Assembly (NCBI GenBank): GCA_050118535.1
Contig: JASFKR010000005.1
Location: 5,199-69,198 of the forward strand
Direction of reading: 5' to 3'
DNA from: Myxococcales bacterium
Lineage (GTDB): Bacteria; Myxococcota_A; Polyangia; Polyangiales; JAFGIB01
DNA: 64,000 bases
Below the pieces are notes generated by a model that was not told the origin of the DNA, made no database searches, and worked only from the letters and a program-made list of their open reading frames with translations. The number at the start of each line of letters is the position of its first letter. The stretch's first letter is position 1. Of the stretch, positions 51,296 through 61,919 are shown piece by piece. The translations under genes and the position numbers were made by a program.

Positions 51296-52912
51296 CTACC
51301 GCGGAGGCGCGGCCCGGGGGCGGAAGCCGCGGAGCGAGCCGCGATGCTCACCGAGACGGTAGAGCCGTGGTCGCAGACTGGCGTCGGACGACAGCGCATC
51401 GAACCAGAAGAAGACACCGGGTGCGATCTCCGCGCAGATGCAGCTGCCCGGCACACACGGCCGCGGCCGCAGCTGCGGGTGGCCGACGTGGTAGGTGATC
51501 CCCCGCGCGCGAGCCTCCGCCACCGTCGCTTCCTTCAGATGCCCCGCCACCCGGACGCCCTCGTCCCCCACGTCCATGCGCGCGATGCGCCGGTCGTTGA
51601 GACCGAGCAGGTCCAGGGTGGGAGCGCGGGTCAGGTAGGCGATGACCCCCGCGGGGCGGATCGCGATCGACTCGCCCGGCTGGAGGTTGGCACCGAGCCA
51701 ACGTCCCACCATGGCGAACTGCGCCGTGTAACCCGCCTCCCGTTCCGGGCTGGTCAGCTCCGGACCGCCCGCGTAGGGGACGAGGATGGTGAAGGCATTG
51801 GCACCGATGACGAGGACCACCGCCGCACGCATCACCCGCCGTCGCGCGCGCTCCGTGTCGAGCCACCCGACCACGCGCTCGATCCCCGCCAGGGTCAGGT
51901 ACGCCCAGAACGGCAACACGTGGTCGACGAAGCGAAACTCGAAGTAGTCGCCACCGATGACCCACGCGTACAGGCAGGTCAGCCCCAGGGACAGGACGGC
52001 GAAGCGGCGCGGTCCGTGGAGCCCGGCGCCACGCAGGAAAGGCACGACGCCGAGCACGGTCAGCGCGCCGTAGACGAGCAGGTGGTTCGCGCGCACCAGC
52101 TCCCACAGGTAGTGCGCCCCGGCCTGCAGCCGCAGCCCGGGGACCTTCGCGTAGAAGGTATTCGGCAGCAGGTCGCCGTAGGTCAGGACGCGAAACGCCA
52201 GGTGCCCCCCCACCACTGCGATGCACGCCCCCAGATTCCAGAGCGCCGGTCGCAGTCGCGCGCCACGGGCGCCCGAGACCAGTCCCTCGAGCATGATCAT
52301 GCCGGCGAAGAGGTAGCCCTCGGGACGGCTGAGGGGCAGCAGCCCGGCCACCAGCCCCAGCCAGGGCAGCCGGCCCCCAAAGCCCCGCCGCACCCACACC
52401 CAGAAGGCCCCCGCCAGGACGGCGCCGAAGAGCTTGGTCTCCATCGGCTGCGCGGCCCACACACCAAAGGTCCGATTGGTCACCAGGAAGAGCACCGGAA
52501 ACCACGGAGCCAGGCGCGAGTGCGGGAACAGGGCGCGCGCCGTGTCCCAGACCAGGATCAGGGTGGCGACGCCGAAGAGCGCCGCCAGGACTTGCCCGAA
52601 GAGCGGCACGGGAAGCCCGGCCGCGAGCCCCGGTGCGAGCAGCAGCGTCCACAGGAAGCTGGAGTAGCCCTCCACGGCCTCACCGCCCGGGTTGTAGACC
52701 AGGCCGTGGCCGCGCACGAGGTTGTCCGCGTAGCGCAGGAAGATGAAGGCGTCATCGACCACGTAGGGCCCCACGCGGGCCAGGTGGTGCAACACGCTGG
52801 CGGCGAAGGCGCACAACAGCAGGCCCAGCCGCCAATCCAGGATCCGCTCGAGGCGCTGCGCCGGCGACCGGGACCCGCGCGCCTGCTCGCCTCGATGGGG
52901 GGGCGCCGACAT
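51296..52912 (-). CDS. Polytopic membrane protein, putative GT-C-fold glycosyl/arabinosyltransferase
   Basis: 538 aa, about 12 TM helices. N-terminal loop motif VVDDAFIFLRYADNLVRGHGLVYNPGGEAVEGYSSFLW is typical of GT-C-like enzymes with an Asp-Asp first loop. Overlapping plus-strand ORFs are artefacts. Confidence 0.65.
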   Translation of the reverse strand: MSAPPHRGEQARGSRSPAQRLERILDWRLGLLLCAFAASVLHHLARVGPYVVDDAFIFLRYADNLVRGHGLVYNPGGEAVEGYSSFLWTLLLAPGLAAGLPVPLFGQVLAALFGVATLILVWDTARALFPHSRLAPWFPVLFLVTNRTFGVWAAQPMETKLFGAVLAGAFWVWVRRGFGGRLPWLGLVAGLLPLSRPEGYLFAGMIMLEGLVSGARGARLRPALWNLGACIAVVGGHLAFRVLTYGDLLPNTFYAKVPGLRLQAGAHYLWELVRANHLLVYGALTVLGVVPFLRGAGLHGPRRFAVLSLGLTCLYAWVIGGDYFEFRFVDHVLPFWAYLTLAGIERVVGWLDTERARRRVMRAAVVLVIGANAFTILVPYAGGPELTSPEREAGYTAQFAMVGRWLGANLQPGESIAIRPAGVIAYLTRAPTLDLLGLNDRRIARMDVGDEGVRVAGHLKEATVAEARARGITYHVGHPQLRPRPCVPGSCICAEIAPGVFFWFDALSSDASLRPRLYRLGEHRGSLRGFRPRAAPPR

Positions 52913-53044
52913 GCCGACCCATTCTACGTGAGCGGGCCGGCGCCAGCCCAGCGAGCGGCGGACCCGCGCCCGGACCGGCGTCGATCCGCATGACCGCCAC
53001 CGGCTCGCCCCGGGCCCCGGGCCCGGGCGCCTCGCCGTTTCCGC

Positions 53045-54226
53045 TCAGTAAAGCAGGTGCTCCGCCCGCGCTTCGGCCCACTGCGCTGCCGCCTCGCGGT
53101 CGCGGGCCAGGTATTGGTCCAGGTCGCCGCCCGCGTCCACCAGCTCCCGGTATTCGGGCCCGCCCGTCAGCAGGTCGATCGCAGGGCGATCGCTGACGAA
53201 CTCGTAGGGCTCCGCGCGCCAGGCCATCGCCTCGCCGGCCACCCGGCGCGCACCCGCGATCAACTTCAGATACGCCGCGTAGGGCTCGAACGTGGCCTCG
53301 TCGGTCACGTGCACCTGCACGCCGCCGCAGCGCTCGCCCGCGTGCTTGTGGAACGTCGGCGAAAACGACAGCGGCCGCAGCGTGGCGCCCGGGATCTCCA
53401 CCTCGCGCGCCAGGGCCGCACCGTCCAGGTAGGGGGCGCCCCAGATCTCGAAGGGCCGCGTGCAACCGCGCCCCTCGCTCAGGTTCGTGCCCTCCAGCAG
53501 GCAGCCGCCCGGATACACGCGCGCCGTCTCGTAGGTGGGCATGTTGGGCGAGGGCAGCACCCAGGGCAGCCCGGTGTCCGGCTGCGTGCGCTCGCGACGC
53601 CAGCCGCGCACCGGCACCACCGCCAGGGCCTCCTCGTCGAGCCCATCCTGGGCGGCGGCCATGCGGCAGACCTCGCCCAGGGTCATGCCGTGGCGCACGG
53701 CCACGTCCCGCAGCCCCACGAACGAGCGGTAGCCCGGGCGCTGCGGCGCGCCCTCCACCCGCGAGCCGCCCAGGGGGTTGGGCCGGTCGAGCACGACCAC
53801 CTGCACGCCCGCCGCCGCGGCCCGCTCCAGCATGCAGACCGCCGTCCAGACGAAGGTGTAGTAGCGGCTGCCCACGTCCTGCAGATCGATCACCACCGCG
53901 TCGAGCCCCTGCAGCCACTCGGCGCGCGGCCACAGGTCCTCCTCGCAGTCGCCGTACAGCGAATACACCGGCGGGCCCGCCTGCGCGGCGGGCGGCGCGA
54001 CGCTGCCCACGGCGATCATGTCCTGGGCCTCGCCGCCGTAGCCGTGCTCCGGCCCGAAGAGCGCCGAGAGCTCGCACTCGGCCTCCTGCAACACCGCGCG
54101 GGCGTGCCGCAGCTCCCGGTCGACGCTGGCCGGGTGGGCGAGCAGGCCGAGCTTGCGCCCGCGCAGCAGCTGCAGCGCGCTGGGGTCGCCGCCGGCCACC
54201 CGGTCGAGTCCGCTCTCCACCGCCAT
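53045..54226 (-). CDS. DUF1343 / NamZ-family exo-beta-N-acetylmuramidase-like protein
   Basis: 393 aa. GLLAHPASVD, LFGPEHGYGGEAQD, VVIDLQDVGSRYYTFVWT, VLDRPNPLGG, FVGLRDVAVRHGMTLGE. Confidence 0.8.
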   Translation of the reverse strand: MAVESGLDRVAGGDPSALQLLRGRKLGLLAHPASVDRELRHARAVLQEAECELSALFGPEHGYGGEAQDMIAVGSVAPPAAQAGPPVYSLYGDCEEDLWPRAEWLQGLDAVVIDLQDVGSRYYTFVWTAVCMLERAAAAGVQVVVLDRPNPLGGSRVEGAPQRPGYRSFVGLRDVAVRHGMTLGEVCRMAAAQDGLDEEALAVVPVRGWRRERTQPDTGLPWVLPSPNMPTYETARVYPGGCLLEGTNLSEGRGCTRPFEIWGAPYLDGAALAREVEIPGATLRPLSFSPTFHKHAGERCGGVQVHVTDEATFEPYAAYLKLIAGARRVAGEAMAWRAEPYEFVSDRPAIDLLTGGPEYRELVDAGGDLDQYLARDREAAAQWAEARAEHLLY

Positions 54227-54235
54227 GGGTGCTCC

Positions 54236-55201
54236 TCAGCCTCCGTCCTGCGCCGCCTGGGCGGCGGTCTGGGCGCCCACCTGCTTGGCCAGCAGATACA
54301 GCACGGCCATGCGCACGGCCACGCCCGCCTCGACCTGGTCCAGGATCACGCTGCGCTCGCTGTCGGCCAGCGCCGGGTGGATCTCCACGCCCCGGTTCAT
54401 GGGCCCGGGGTGCATCACGATCGCCCGGTCGGAGGCCATTTCCAGGTGGCTCTGGTTCACGCCGAAGATGCGGCTGTACTCGCGCATGCTGGGCAGCAGC
54501 GGCCCCTCGAGGCGCTCGCGCTGGACGCGCAGCAGCATGATCACGTCCGCACCCTCGACCGCCTCTTCCAGGCGCGTGTAGACCTTCACTCCCAGCGACT
54601 CGGCGTGGGCGGGCATCAGCGTGCGCGGCGCGCAAAAGCGCACCTCGGAGCCGAAGAGGTTGAGCAGGTGCGCGTTGCTGCGCGCCACCCGCGAGTGGGA
54701 GACGTCACCGCAGATGGCCACCTTCAGGCCCTCCAGGGTGCCCAGCGACTGGCGGATCGCGAAGGCATCGAGCAGGGCCTGGGTCGGGTGCTCGTGGGCG
54801 CCGTCGCCGCCGTTGATCACGCTGCAGCCCAGGCGCCGGGCCACGAACTCGGGCGCGCCGGAAGCCCCGTGCCGGATCACCACGATGTCGGGGCGCATGG
54901 CGTTGACCGTGCGGCAGGTGTCCAGCAGCGACTCCCCCTTGGACAGGCTCGAGCCCGAGCCGCTGATGTTCACCACGTCTGCCGACAGCCGCTTGCCCGC
55001 CAGCTCGAAGGACGTGCGCGTCCGGGTCGACGCCTCGAAGAACATGTTGATCACGGTCTTGCCGCGCAAGGTCGGCACCTTGCGCACCGGCCTGCGCGAG
55101 ACCTCGATGAAGGCCGCCGCCGCGTCCAGGATCTGCGTCACGTCCTCGGCGTCGAGCTGGGCGATGGTCAGCAGGTGATCGTGTCGAAAGCCGGCGCTCA
55201 T
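54236..55201 (-). CDS. pyrB: Aspartate carbamoyltransferase catalytic subunit
   Basis: ORF 54236..55771. ATG at 55201 (ATGA overlap with pyrR). [35 protein letters not shown]. Confidence 0.92.
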   Translation of the reverse strand: MSAGFRHDHLLTIAQLDAEDVTQILDAAAAFIEVSRRPVRKVPTLRGKTVINMFFEASTRTRTSFELAGKRLSADVVNISGSGSSLSKGESLLDTCRTVNAMRPDIVVIRHGASGAPEFVARRLGCSVINGGDGAHEHPTQALLDAFAIRQSLGTLEGLKVAICGDVSHSRVARSNAHLLNLFGSEVRFCAPRTLMPAHAESLGVKVYTRLEEAVEGADVIMLLRVQRERLEGPLLPSMREYSRIFGVNQSHLEMASDRAIVMHPGPMNRGVEIHPALADSERSVILDQVEAGVAVRMAVLYLLAKQVGAQTAAQAAQDGG

Positions 55202-55746
55202 GGGGCATCTCCAGCGGGGCGGATGACCGCACCGTCGCCGTCGCCGCCCTCCGCGGTGACCTCGAGCAGTTGGTCCTCCGGGACATCGAGCACGCGGCCG
55301 ACGAAGTCCGCCGCCACGGGCAACTCTCGGCCGCCGCGATCGCACAGCACCGCCAGCCAAATGCGGCGAGGCCGACCGTAGTCGAGCACGCAGTCGATGG
55401 CGGCGCGCACCGTGCGTCCGGTGTGCAGCACGTCGTCGACCAGCACCACCTCGCGACCGCGCAGGTCGAAGTCGATGCTGCTCGGGCCGATCTTCGGGTC
55501 CGGCAGCGCGATGGCGGCGTCGTCCCTGTAGAGGGAGATGTCCACGGCGCCCACCGGGACCTCCCTGCCCTCGGCGCGGGCGATTTCGGCGGCGATGCGC
55601 TCGGCGATGGGCACGCCCCCGCGCCGCACCCCGATCAGCCCCAGCTCGACCGTCCCCCGGGTCCGCTCGACGATCTCGTGGGCCACGCGACGGATGGAGC
55701 GGGCGACCGCATCCGCATCCAACACCTTCTGCTCGCCGCCAGCCAC
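55198..55746 (-). CDS. pyrR: Bifunctional pyr operon regulator / uracil phosphoribosyltransferase PyrR
   Basis: GTG start. 182 aa. PRPP motif [20 protein letters not shown]-terminal [11 protein letters not shown]. Confidence 0.88.
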   Translation of the reverse strand: MAGGEQKVLDADAVARSIRRVAHEIVERTRGTVELGLIGVRRGGVPIAERIAAEIARAEGREVPVGAVDISLYRDDAAIALPDPKIGPSSIDFDLRGREVVLVDDVLHTGRTVRAAIDCVLDYGRPRRIWLAVLCDRGGRELPVAADFVGRVLDVPEDQLLEVTAEGGDGDGAVIRPAGDAP

Positions 55747-55969
55747 TGCGCGCCGGTGTACGCCCGCCCACGCGCAGCGGTCAAGCGCAACAGACCCAAC
55801 TCATTCCGAAAGGAATAGATGGCCAACGACCGATTCCCGAAACCCGCCCTGCCGTCCGGGTGCGGTCAGGGGCGAGCGCCCCCGGAGCGGCTCTCGCATG
55901 TGTCGAAGGGCTACGTCGAGGATTGCCGCGAGGAGGTAAGCCGGCCCTGGCCGCATCCGGGCGGCAGGG

Positions 55970-56509
55970 TCAGCTTCCGAGGCCCGGGCTGGCCATTGGA
56001 TCCCCATGCGGCATCTCCTCACCCGCCGCCTTGCGCTGCTGCATCTCGTACTTGGAGGGGCAGCGGGGGATCACCTGGTTGGCCTGGAACTCGCCGTCCT
56101 CGGCCAGCTTGCCCTGCACCGTGACCTTCAGGCCCATGCCGTCCTTGAAGGTGTCCGGCACGATGCACTGTGGGAAGCTCACCGGCATCTCCTGGCCCTC
56201 GCTGGAGAGCACGAACCGGTATTCGCAGGGGTTTTCGCGGAATTGGATCGACCCCTGCTTGAGGTCGCCCTCCACCCGCAGCTCCCGACCGTGGAACTGG
56301 TCCGGGTCGGCCAGCACCTCGTCGACCAGCTTGGAGTAGACGAAGGCGTCGTCGGCGCTGGTGCTGAACCACAGCAGCGCCACGGCCCCGCCCAACATGG
56401 CGAAGACCACGCCCACCTTCACCAGCGGGCTCAGGCCTCCCTCGGCCTCGGCCGAAGCGTCATCCCGATCCTCGAGTACGACCGGCTCTGGGCTTTCGTC
56501 AGACTGCAT
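55970..56509 (-). CDS. ccmE: CcmE-like haem chaperone, Cys-variant (CxxxY)
   Basis: ORF 55970..56758. ATG at 56509 (MQSDESPEP). TM VGVVFAMLGGAVALLWF. OB-fold RELRVEGDLKQGSIQF...GMGLKVTVQGKL aligns with E. coli CcmE as I recall it. VIPRCPSKY occupies the position of LAKHDENY. Confidence 0.75.
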   Translation of the reverse strand: MQSDESPEPVVLEDRDDASAEAEGGLSPLVKVGVVFAMLGGAVALLWFSTSADDAFVYSKLVDEVLADPDQFHGRELRVEGDLKQGSIQFRENPCEYRFVLSSEGQEMPVSFPQCIVPDTFKDGMGLKVTVQGKLAEDGEFQANQVIPRCPSKYEMQQRKAAGEEMPHGDPMASPGLGS

Positions 56510-56562
56510 GCTCACCCCGTCAGTATGGGTCAGGCGACGGCCTCCGGCCAGGGGTCCGGAGC

Positions 56563-56991
56563 TCAGGAAGAGGCGGGGCCGGAGCCATCCGGATCGCCGT
56601 CGGCTTCCGGCTCGTCGGCGGGCATCACCAGGTGGTGCTCCCCCGAGCGCGACGCGCTCTTGTCGACGAACCGCTCGAAGGCGGCACCGCCCCGGCGGAA
56701 GGTCACGATACGCAGCCCCAGGCCCGCCAGGCCCTGGGCCGACCGGGGACGCGCCCAAGCCAGCTCCACGTCCGCCGTGGTGCCCAGCTCGTCGATCGTC
56801 ACCGTGAAGCCCGAGTCGGCCGGCGGCGGGCTCGAGGTGCGGACGAAGAGCCCGCGCTTGCTGATGTTCACCGTCTCCGCCAGGAGCGTGAAGCCGTCAC
56901 CCTCGCACCAGACCTTGAGCTGGGCTGCTACCCGTTTACTGCTGCGACGCTCTGACAACCGGAACCGACCACCCTCCCCACCTGGTGGCAT
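56563..56991 (-). CDS. PilZ domain protein
   Basis: RRSSKR...(RxxxR-like) and DISKRGLFV-type motif (NISKRGLFVRT), the c-di-GMP-binding PilZ signature. 142 aa with an acidic tail. Confidence 0.7.
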   Translation of the reverse strand: MPPGGEGGRFRLSERRSSKRVAAQLKVWCEGDGFTLLAETVNISKRGLFVRTSSPPPADSGFTVTIDELGTTADVELAWARPRSAQGLAGLGLRIVTFRRGGAAFERFVDKSASRSGEHHLVMPADEPEADGDPDGSGPASS

Positions 56992-57058
56992 TCATAACAC
57001 CAGCGAGGGGGGGCGGCCAAGGCCCGGCCATCAAATCGTGCGGCCCAAGGGCAGCGAG

Positions 57059-57391
57059 CTACTGAACGGGCGGGATGTTGCCCATCAGCATGATCGCGAC
57101 GACCAGGGCGTAGATCGCCAGCGACTCGATCAGCGCCAGGACCAGGATCATCGGCGTGAAGAGCTTGTCCGAGGCGTTGGGGTTGCGGGCGATGCCCTCG
57201 AGTGCCGCAGCGCCCGCACGACCCTGACCGAGACCGCAGCCCGCGGCCGCGATGCCAATCGCGAGGCCGGCAGCCAGGGCGGCCCAGCTACCCACGTCCG
57301 ACGCATTGGAAGCGGCCTGCTGGGCCAGGGCGGTGGAGGTCAGGCCGAGAGTCGCCATGAAGGACCAGAACCGAAGCCACATCTTGTTCAT
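57059..57391 (-). CDS. atpE: F0 ATP synthase subunit c, with about 25-aa signal-like N-terminal extension
   Basis: [19 protein letters not shown] loop and carboxylate helix [26 protein letters not shown] directly upstream of the ATG at 57391. Confidence 0.88.
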   Translation of the reverse strand: MNKMWLRFWSFMATLGLTSTALAQQAASNASDVGSWAALAAGLAIGIAAAGCGLGQGRAGAAALEGIARNPNASDKLFTPMILVLALIESLAIYALVVAIMLMGNIPPVQ

Positions 57392-57474
57392 CGAAAGTCT
57401 CCTGTGCGCCCCTCTCCGGGCGCGTTGCTCGTACAGGCATCGCCTGACGATTTCAAATCTTCTTTTGGTTTTTT

Positions 57475-58281
57475 TCAGTGCTCGGCGTTCTCGATGGCCA
57501 TCGCGATGTAGACGGTCGACAGCAGGCAGAACACCAGCGTCTGCACCACCACCACCAGCGTACCCAGCAGGTAGACCGGCAGCGGCAGGGGCAGCCAGAA
57601 CAGGGCCGGGGCGGCGACGAAGCCCAGGAAGATGGTCAGCACCTTGTGGTCGGCCATCATGTTGGCCATCAGTCGGATGCCGAGCGAGGCCGGGCGGGCG
57701 ACGTGGCTGATGGACTCGATGAAGAACATCAGGATCATCAGCGGCAGCGCCAGCGGGTGGATGATCGGCCCGAAGAAGTGCTTGATGTGATTGAAGCCGT
57801 TCTCCCTCAGCCCGTAGATGTGCGTGGCGAAGAAGATGATCGTGCCGCAGGCCAGCGTCGTATTGAGGTTGTCGGTGGCCGGCAAGAAGCCTGGCACCAG
57901 CCCCAGGGCGTTGGAAAACAGGATGAAGAAGGCGCAGGTGCCGATCAGGGGCAGGAAGTAGCGAGCCGCCTTGGCGCCCATGATGCTGCTCATCATGTCG
58001 AGCGCCGTGCCCACGAAGAGCTCGGCGAAGTTGCGCAGCGTCAGCTTCCTGGCCGGCAGGATGTCGTCACCGGACTGGCGGATGCTGGTCTCGGTCACGA
58101 CCGCCAGGATCGCGATCAGAAAGAGCACGAAGATCGCAGCGTAGATGTGCTGGATCTGCGGCTCGGCGTGCGCAACCCAGGTCTTGCCGTCGTCGTTGAC
58201 GGGCTTGCCCAGGACGTGCGCCGCGTGCAGCAGGCGCTCGTGGAAGGGAAAGAGGCTGAACCAGGACTCACCGTGCGGCAT
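57475..58281 (-). CDS. atpB: F0 ATP synthase subunit a
   Basis: 268 aa. [13 protein letters not shown] (essential Arg), and the typical 5-6 TM pattern. Confidence 0.9.
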   Translation of the reverse strand: MPHGESWFSLFPFHERLLHAAHVLGKPVNDDGKTWVAHAEPQIQHIYAAIFVLFLIAILAVVTETSIRQSGDDILPARKLTLRNFAELFVGTALDMMSSIMGAKAARYFLPLIGTCAFFILFSNALGLVPGFLPATDNLNTTLACGTIIFFATHIYGLRENGFNHIKHFFGPIIHPLALPLMILMFFIESISHVARPASLGIRLMANMMADHKVLTIFLGFVAAPALFWLPLPLPVYLLGTLVVVVQTLVFCLLSTVYIAMAIENAEH

Positions 58282-58660
58282 CGTGGCGTTCGCTCTGTTC
58301 GGGGGCGTTGAGAATCTGGACGAGGGAGCCCCCGATGGCTCCGACGACCAGGGTGCTCAGGCCGATCAAGAACGGCAGCGGCGAGACCACCTGAGCGCGA
58401 ATTAGAAGGAAGCACAGGGCCGCCAGGGCCCCCATCTTGAGCATGAGGACGAACATGAAGCCGGCCTGGCGCTGGACGCTGCCACCGACCACGCGGGCGA
58501 CGATGTAGCGCAGGGCGACCCAGTTGGCCACGCCCAGCACCGCGCCCACCAGGGTGCTGCGCGCCGCGGCCACGCCCCACAGCGGGATCATCCCGAGCGT
58601 GGTGACCAGCCCCAGGCCCGCGATGACCCAGGTCAAGCGTTCGGCGACCGCCCTATTCAT
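58268..58660 (-). CDS. atpI: ATP synthase protein I-like membrane protein
   Basis: 130 aa with four hydrophobic helices. Position between atpZ and atpB, overlapping both neighbours. Confidence 0.6.
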   Translation of the reverse strand: MNRAVAERLTWVIAGLGLVTTLGMIPLWGVAAARSTLVGAVLGVANWVALRYIVARVVGGSVQRQAGFMFVLMLKMGALAALCFLLIRAQVVSPLPFLIGLSTLVVGAIGGSLVQILNAPEQSERHDAAR

Positions 58661-58934
58661 CGTCCTTCCCGTTCCCTCGCTGCTTCGAATCGTGTTGCGA
58701 ATCTTGGTCGGAGCGCTGGGATTGCCTTCGGGCCGTTTGCACGAGGCTCTTGAACCCGGCGATGGAGCCCAGAATCAGTCCCAGGAGAGTCAGATACGGT
58801 GCGGTGTCGAGCTTGCCGTCGAGCCAGCGGCCACCGAGCAGACCGATCACGATCGACAGGGCCAGCTCGATGCCCAGCGATCCGATGCGCGCAAACGCTT
58901 TCCACTGTTTGCCGCTGTCGGGGCCGCCAAGCAC
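58653..58934 (-). CDS. atpZ: AtpZ/AtpI-family small membrane protein (putative F0F1 accessory subunit)
   Basis: 93 aa. FARIGSLGIELALSIVIGLLGGRWLDGKLDTAPYLTLLGLILGSIAGF matches the AtpZ family pattern. First gene of the atpZIBE unit. Confidence 0.65.
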   Translation of the reverse strand: MLGGPDSGKQWKAFARIGSLGIELALSIVIGLLGGRWLDGKLDTAPYLTLLGLILGSIAGFKSLVQTARRQSQRSDQDSQHDSKQRGNGKDDE

Positions 58935-59082
58935 TTTTCATCAGACGCTCCGGGGGCCGAAAGCGCGGCGCCCTAGTAGCACGGCCCCCCGGTAGGGTCA
59001 AGCGTGTCCGGGGGCAAGCGCTGGACGATAAAACTCAACAATTACGAATACTTGGGATGGAGGCGGTGGTAGTTCTGGGGGG

Positions 59083-59345
<263 letters not shown>

Positions 59346-59355
59346 GTCACGTCCC

Positions 59356-60639
59356 TCAGACCTTCTCGAACGCCGCCCGCACCGCCTTCCGCGTCCGCTC
59401 CAGAATCGCGTGGTCGTGGGCGGTCGAGATGAAGGCGGCCTCGAACTGGGAGCAGGGCCAGTAGATGCCGTGCTCGATCAGCCCGCGGTGGAAGCGGCCG
59501 AAGCGCTCCAGGTCCGAGGCGCTCGCGTCCTCGAAGGTCCGGACCGCGCCCTCCCTGAAATAGGGCGTGAGCATGGAGCCCACGCGCTGGACCGTGAGCG
59601 GCACGCCCTTTTCCCGCGCGGCCGCCTCCAGGATCGCCTGCACCTCCGCGCCCGCCCTCTCCAGGCCCTCGTAGGTGCCCGGCTCGGAGAGCAGCGACAG
59701 GGTGGAAAGGCCCGCGGCCATGGCCAGCGGGTTCCCGCTCAGGGTGCCCGCCTGATACACGGGCCCCAGGGGCGCCACCTTCTCCATCACGTCGCGGCGC
59801 CCGCCGTAGACGCCCACCGGCAGCCCGCCGCCCACGACCTTGCCGAAGGTGCTCAGGTCCGGCCGCACCCCGAAGCGCGCCTGGGCGCCGCCGCGGGCCA
59901 CGCGGAACCCGGTCATGACCTCGTCGAAGACCAGCAGCGCGCCGCAGCGATCACACAGCGCCCGCAGGCCCTCCAGGTAGCCCTCGGCCGGGGGCACGCA
60001 GCCCATGTTGCCCACCACCGGCTCCAGGATGATGGCCGCCAGCTCGTCGCCCCGCTCGGCCACCAGCTTCTCCACGGCGGTCAGATCATTAAAAGGCAGG
60101 ACCGTGGTGGTCGAGGCGATCGCCGCGGGCACGCCCGAGCTGTCGGGCTCGCCCAGGGTGGCCAGGCCGCTGCCGGCCTTCACCAGCAGGTAGTCGGCGC
60201 CGCCGTGGTAGCAGCCCTCGAATTTCAGCACCAGATCGCGCCCCGTGAAGCCCCGGGCGGCGCGCAGGGCGCCCATCACGGCCTCGGTGCCGCTGGAGAC
60301 CATGCGCATCATCTCCAGGGAGGGCACCGCCGCCTGCACCGCCTCGGCCAGCTCCACCTCGGCCGCGGTGGGGGCGCCGAAGCTGCTGCCCCGGGCCGCG
60401 GCGGACTGCACCGCCTGCACCACCCGCGGGTGGGCGTGGCCCACGATCATGGGGCCCCAGGAGCCGCAGTAGTCCACGTAGGCGGTGCCGTCGGCTCCCA
60501 CCAGCTCGGCGCCGCGGGCCGACTGGATGAAGATCGGCTCTCCGCCGACCGCGCGGAAGGCGCGCACCGGGGAATTCACGCCGCCGGGCAGGATTCGGCT
60601 GGCGCGCTGAAAGAGCTCACGGGAGACGGCGTCACTCAT
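59356..60639 (-). CDS. hemL: Glutamate-1-semialdehyde 2,1-aminomutase
   Basis: ORF 59356..61140. ATG at 60639 gives MSDAVSRELFQRASRILPGGVNSPVRAF. FDEVMTGFR, TFGKVVGGGLPVG (PLP Lys). Confidence 0.92.
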   Translation of the reverse strand: MSDAVSRELFQRASRILPGGVNSPVRAFRAVGGEPIFIQSARGAELVGADGTAYVDYCGSWGPMIVGHAHPRVVQAVQSAAARGSSFGAPTAAEVELAEAVQAAVPSLEMMRMVSSGTEAVMGALRAARGFTGRDLVLKFEGCYHGGADYLLVKAGSGLATLGEPDSSGVPAAIASTTTVLPFNDLTAVEKLVAERGDELAAIILEPVVGNMGCVPPAEGYLEGLRALCDRCGALLVFDEVMTGFRVARGGAQARFGVRPDLSTFGKVVGGGLPVGVYGGRRDVMEKVAPLGPVYQAGTLSGNPLAMAAGLSTLSLLSEPGTYEGLERAGAEVQAILEAAAREKGVPLTVQRVGSMLTPYFREGAVRTFEDASASDLERFGRFHRGLIEHGIYWPCSQFEAAFISTAHDHAILERTRKAVRAAFEKV

Positions 60640-60694
60640 GCAGCGCAGGGTGCCGGCTGACCACGCCCTGGGCAAGCACGGCCGTCGCATGCCC

Positions 60695-60755
60695 CCTTGC
60701 CCCGTGCCCTTGCCCGAACGCGCGGGGTCGTGGGGGGAGGGAGGGCAAGGGCAAG
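60695..60755. repeat. CCCTTGCCC / GGGCAAGGGCAAG inverted repeat with G-run-rich loop (third member of the GGCAGG/GGCAAG element family)
   Basis: tgcccttgccc (60705-60715) pairs with gggcaagggca (60743-60753). The loop and right arm contain GGGG, GGGGGG, GGG, GGG, GGG runs (60724-60751). It lies in the divergent hemL/moxR spacer. Confidence 0.65.
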
Positions 60756-60859
60756 TTGGCTCCGCTGAACCGACGCACAGGAAATACGCGTGCGCCGCCG
60801 CTTGTTGCCACGTTCGCGAGCGGCGTGCTAACCGCCGCCGCACGGAGGGAGAGGAGCGC

Positions 60860-61888
<1,029 letters not shown>

Positions 61889-61919
61889 TCCACACGCGAA
61901 AACCCACGGACGCGTCCCC

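Noticed and set aside
55747-55969. PyrR-binding attenuator RNA upstream of pyrR-pyrB
   Set aside because: I looked for the UCCAGAGAGG-type PyrR loop and a terminator/antiterminator pair. I found only a GCGAGAGC...GCGCTCGC imperfect hairpin and an ATTCC-gaaa-GGAAT mini-hairpin (55803-55816), with no U-tract terminator. That is not enough to call.
57059-57391. Na+-specific c-subunit (Q...ES...Y motif) and hence a Na+-translocating ATP synthase
   Set aside because: GQG and IESLAIY give Q, E, S and Y, but the second Ser/Thr (EST/ESS) is Leu. As far as I recall, the same ESLAIY helix occurs in ordinary deltaproteobacterial H+ enzymes. The atpZIBE-only arrangement looks like the usual split atp locus of this lineage rather than an N-ATPase. 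The signal-like N-terminal extension is noted but unexplained.
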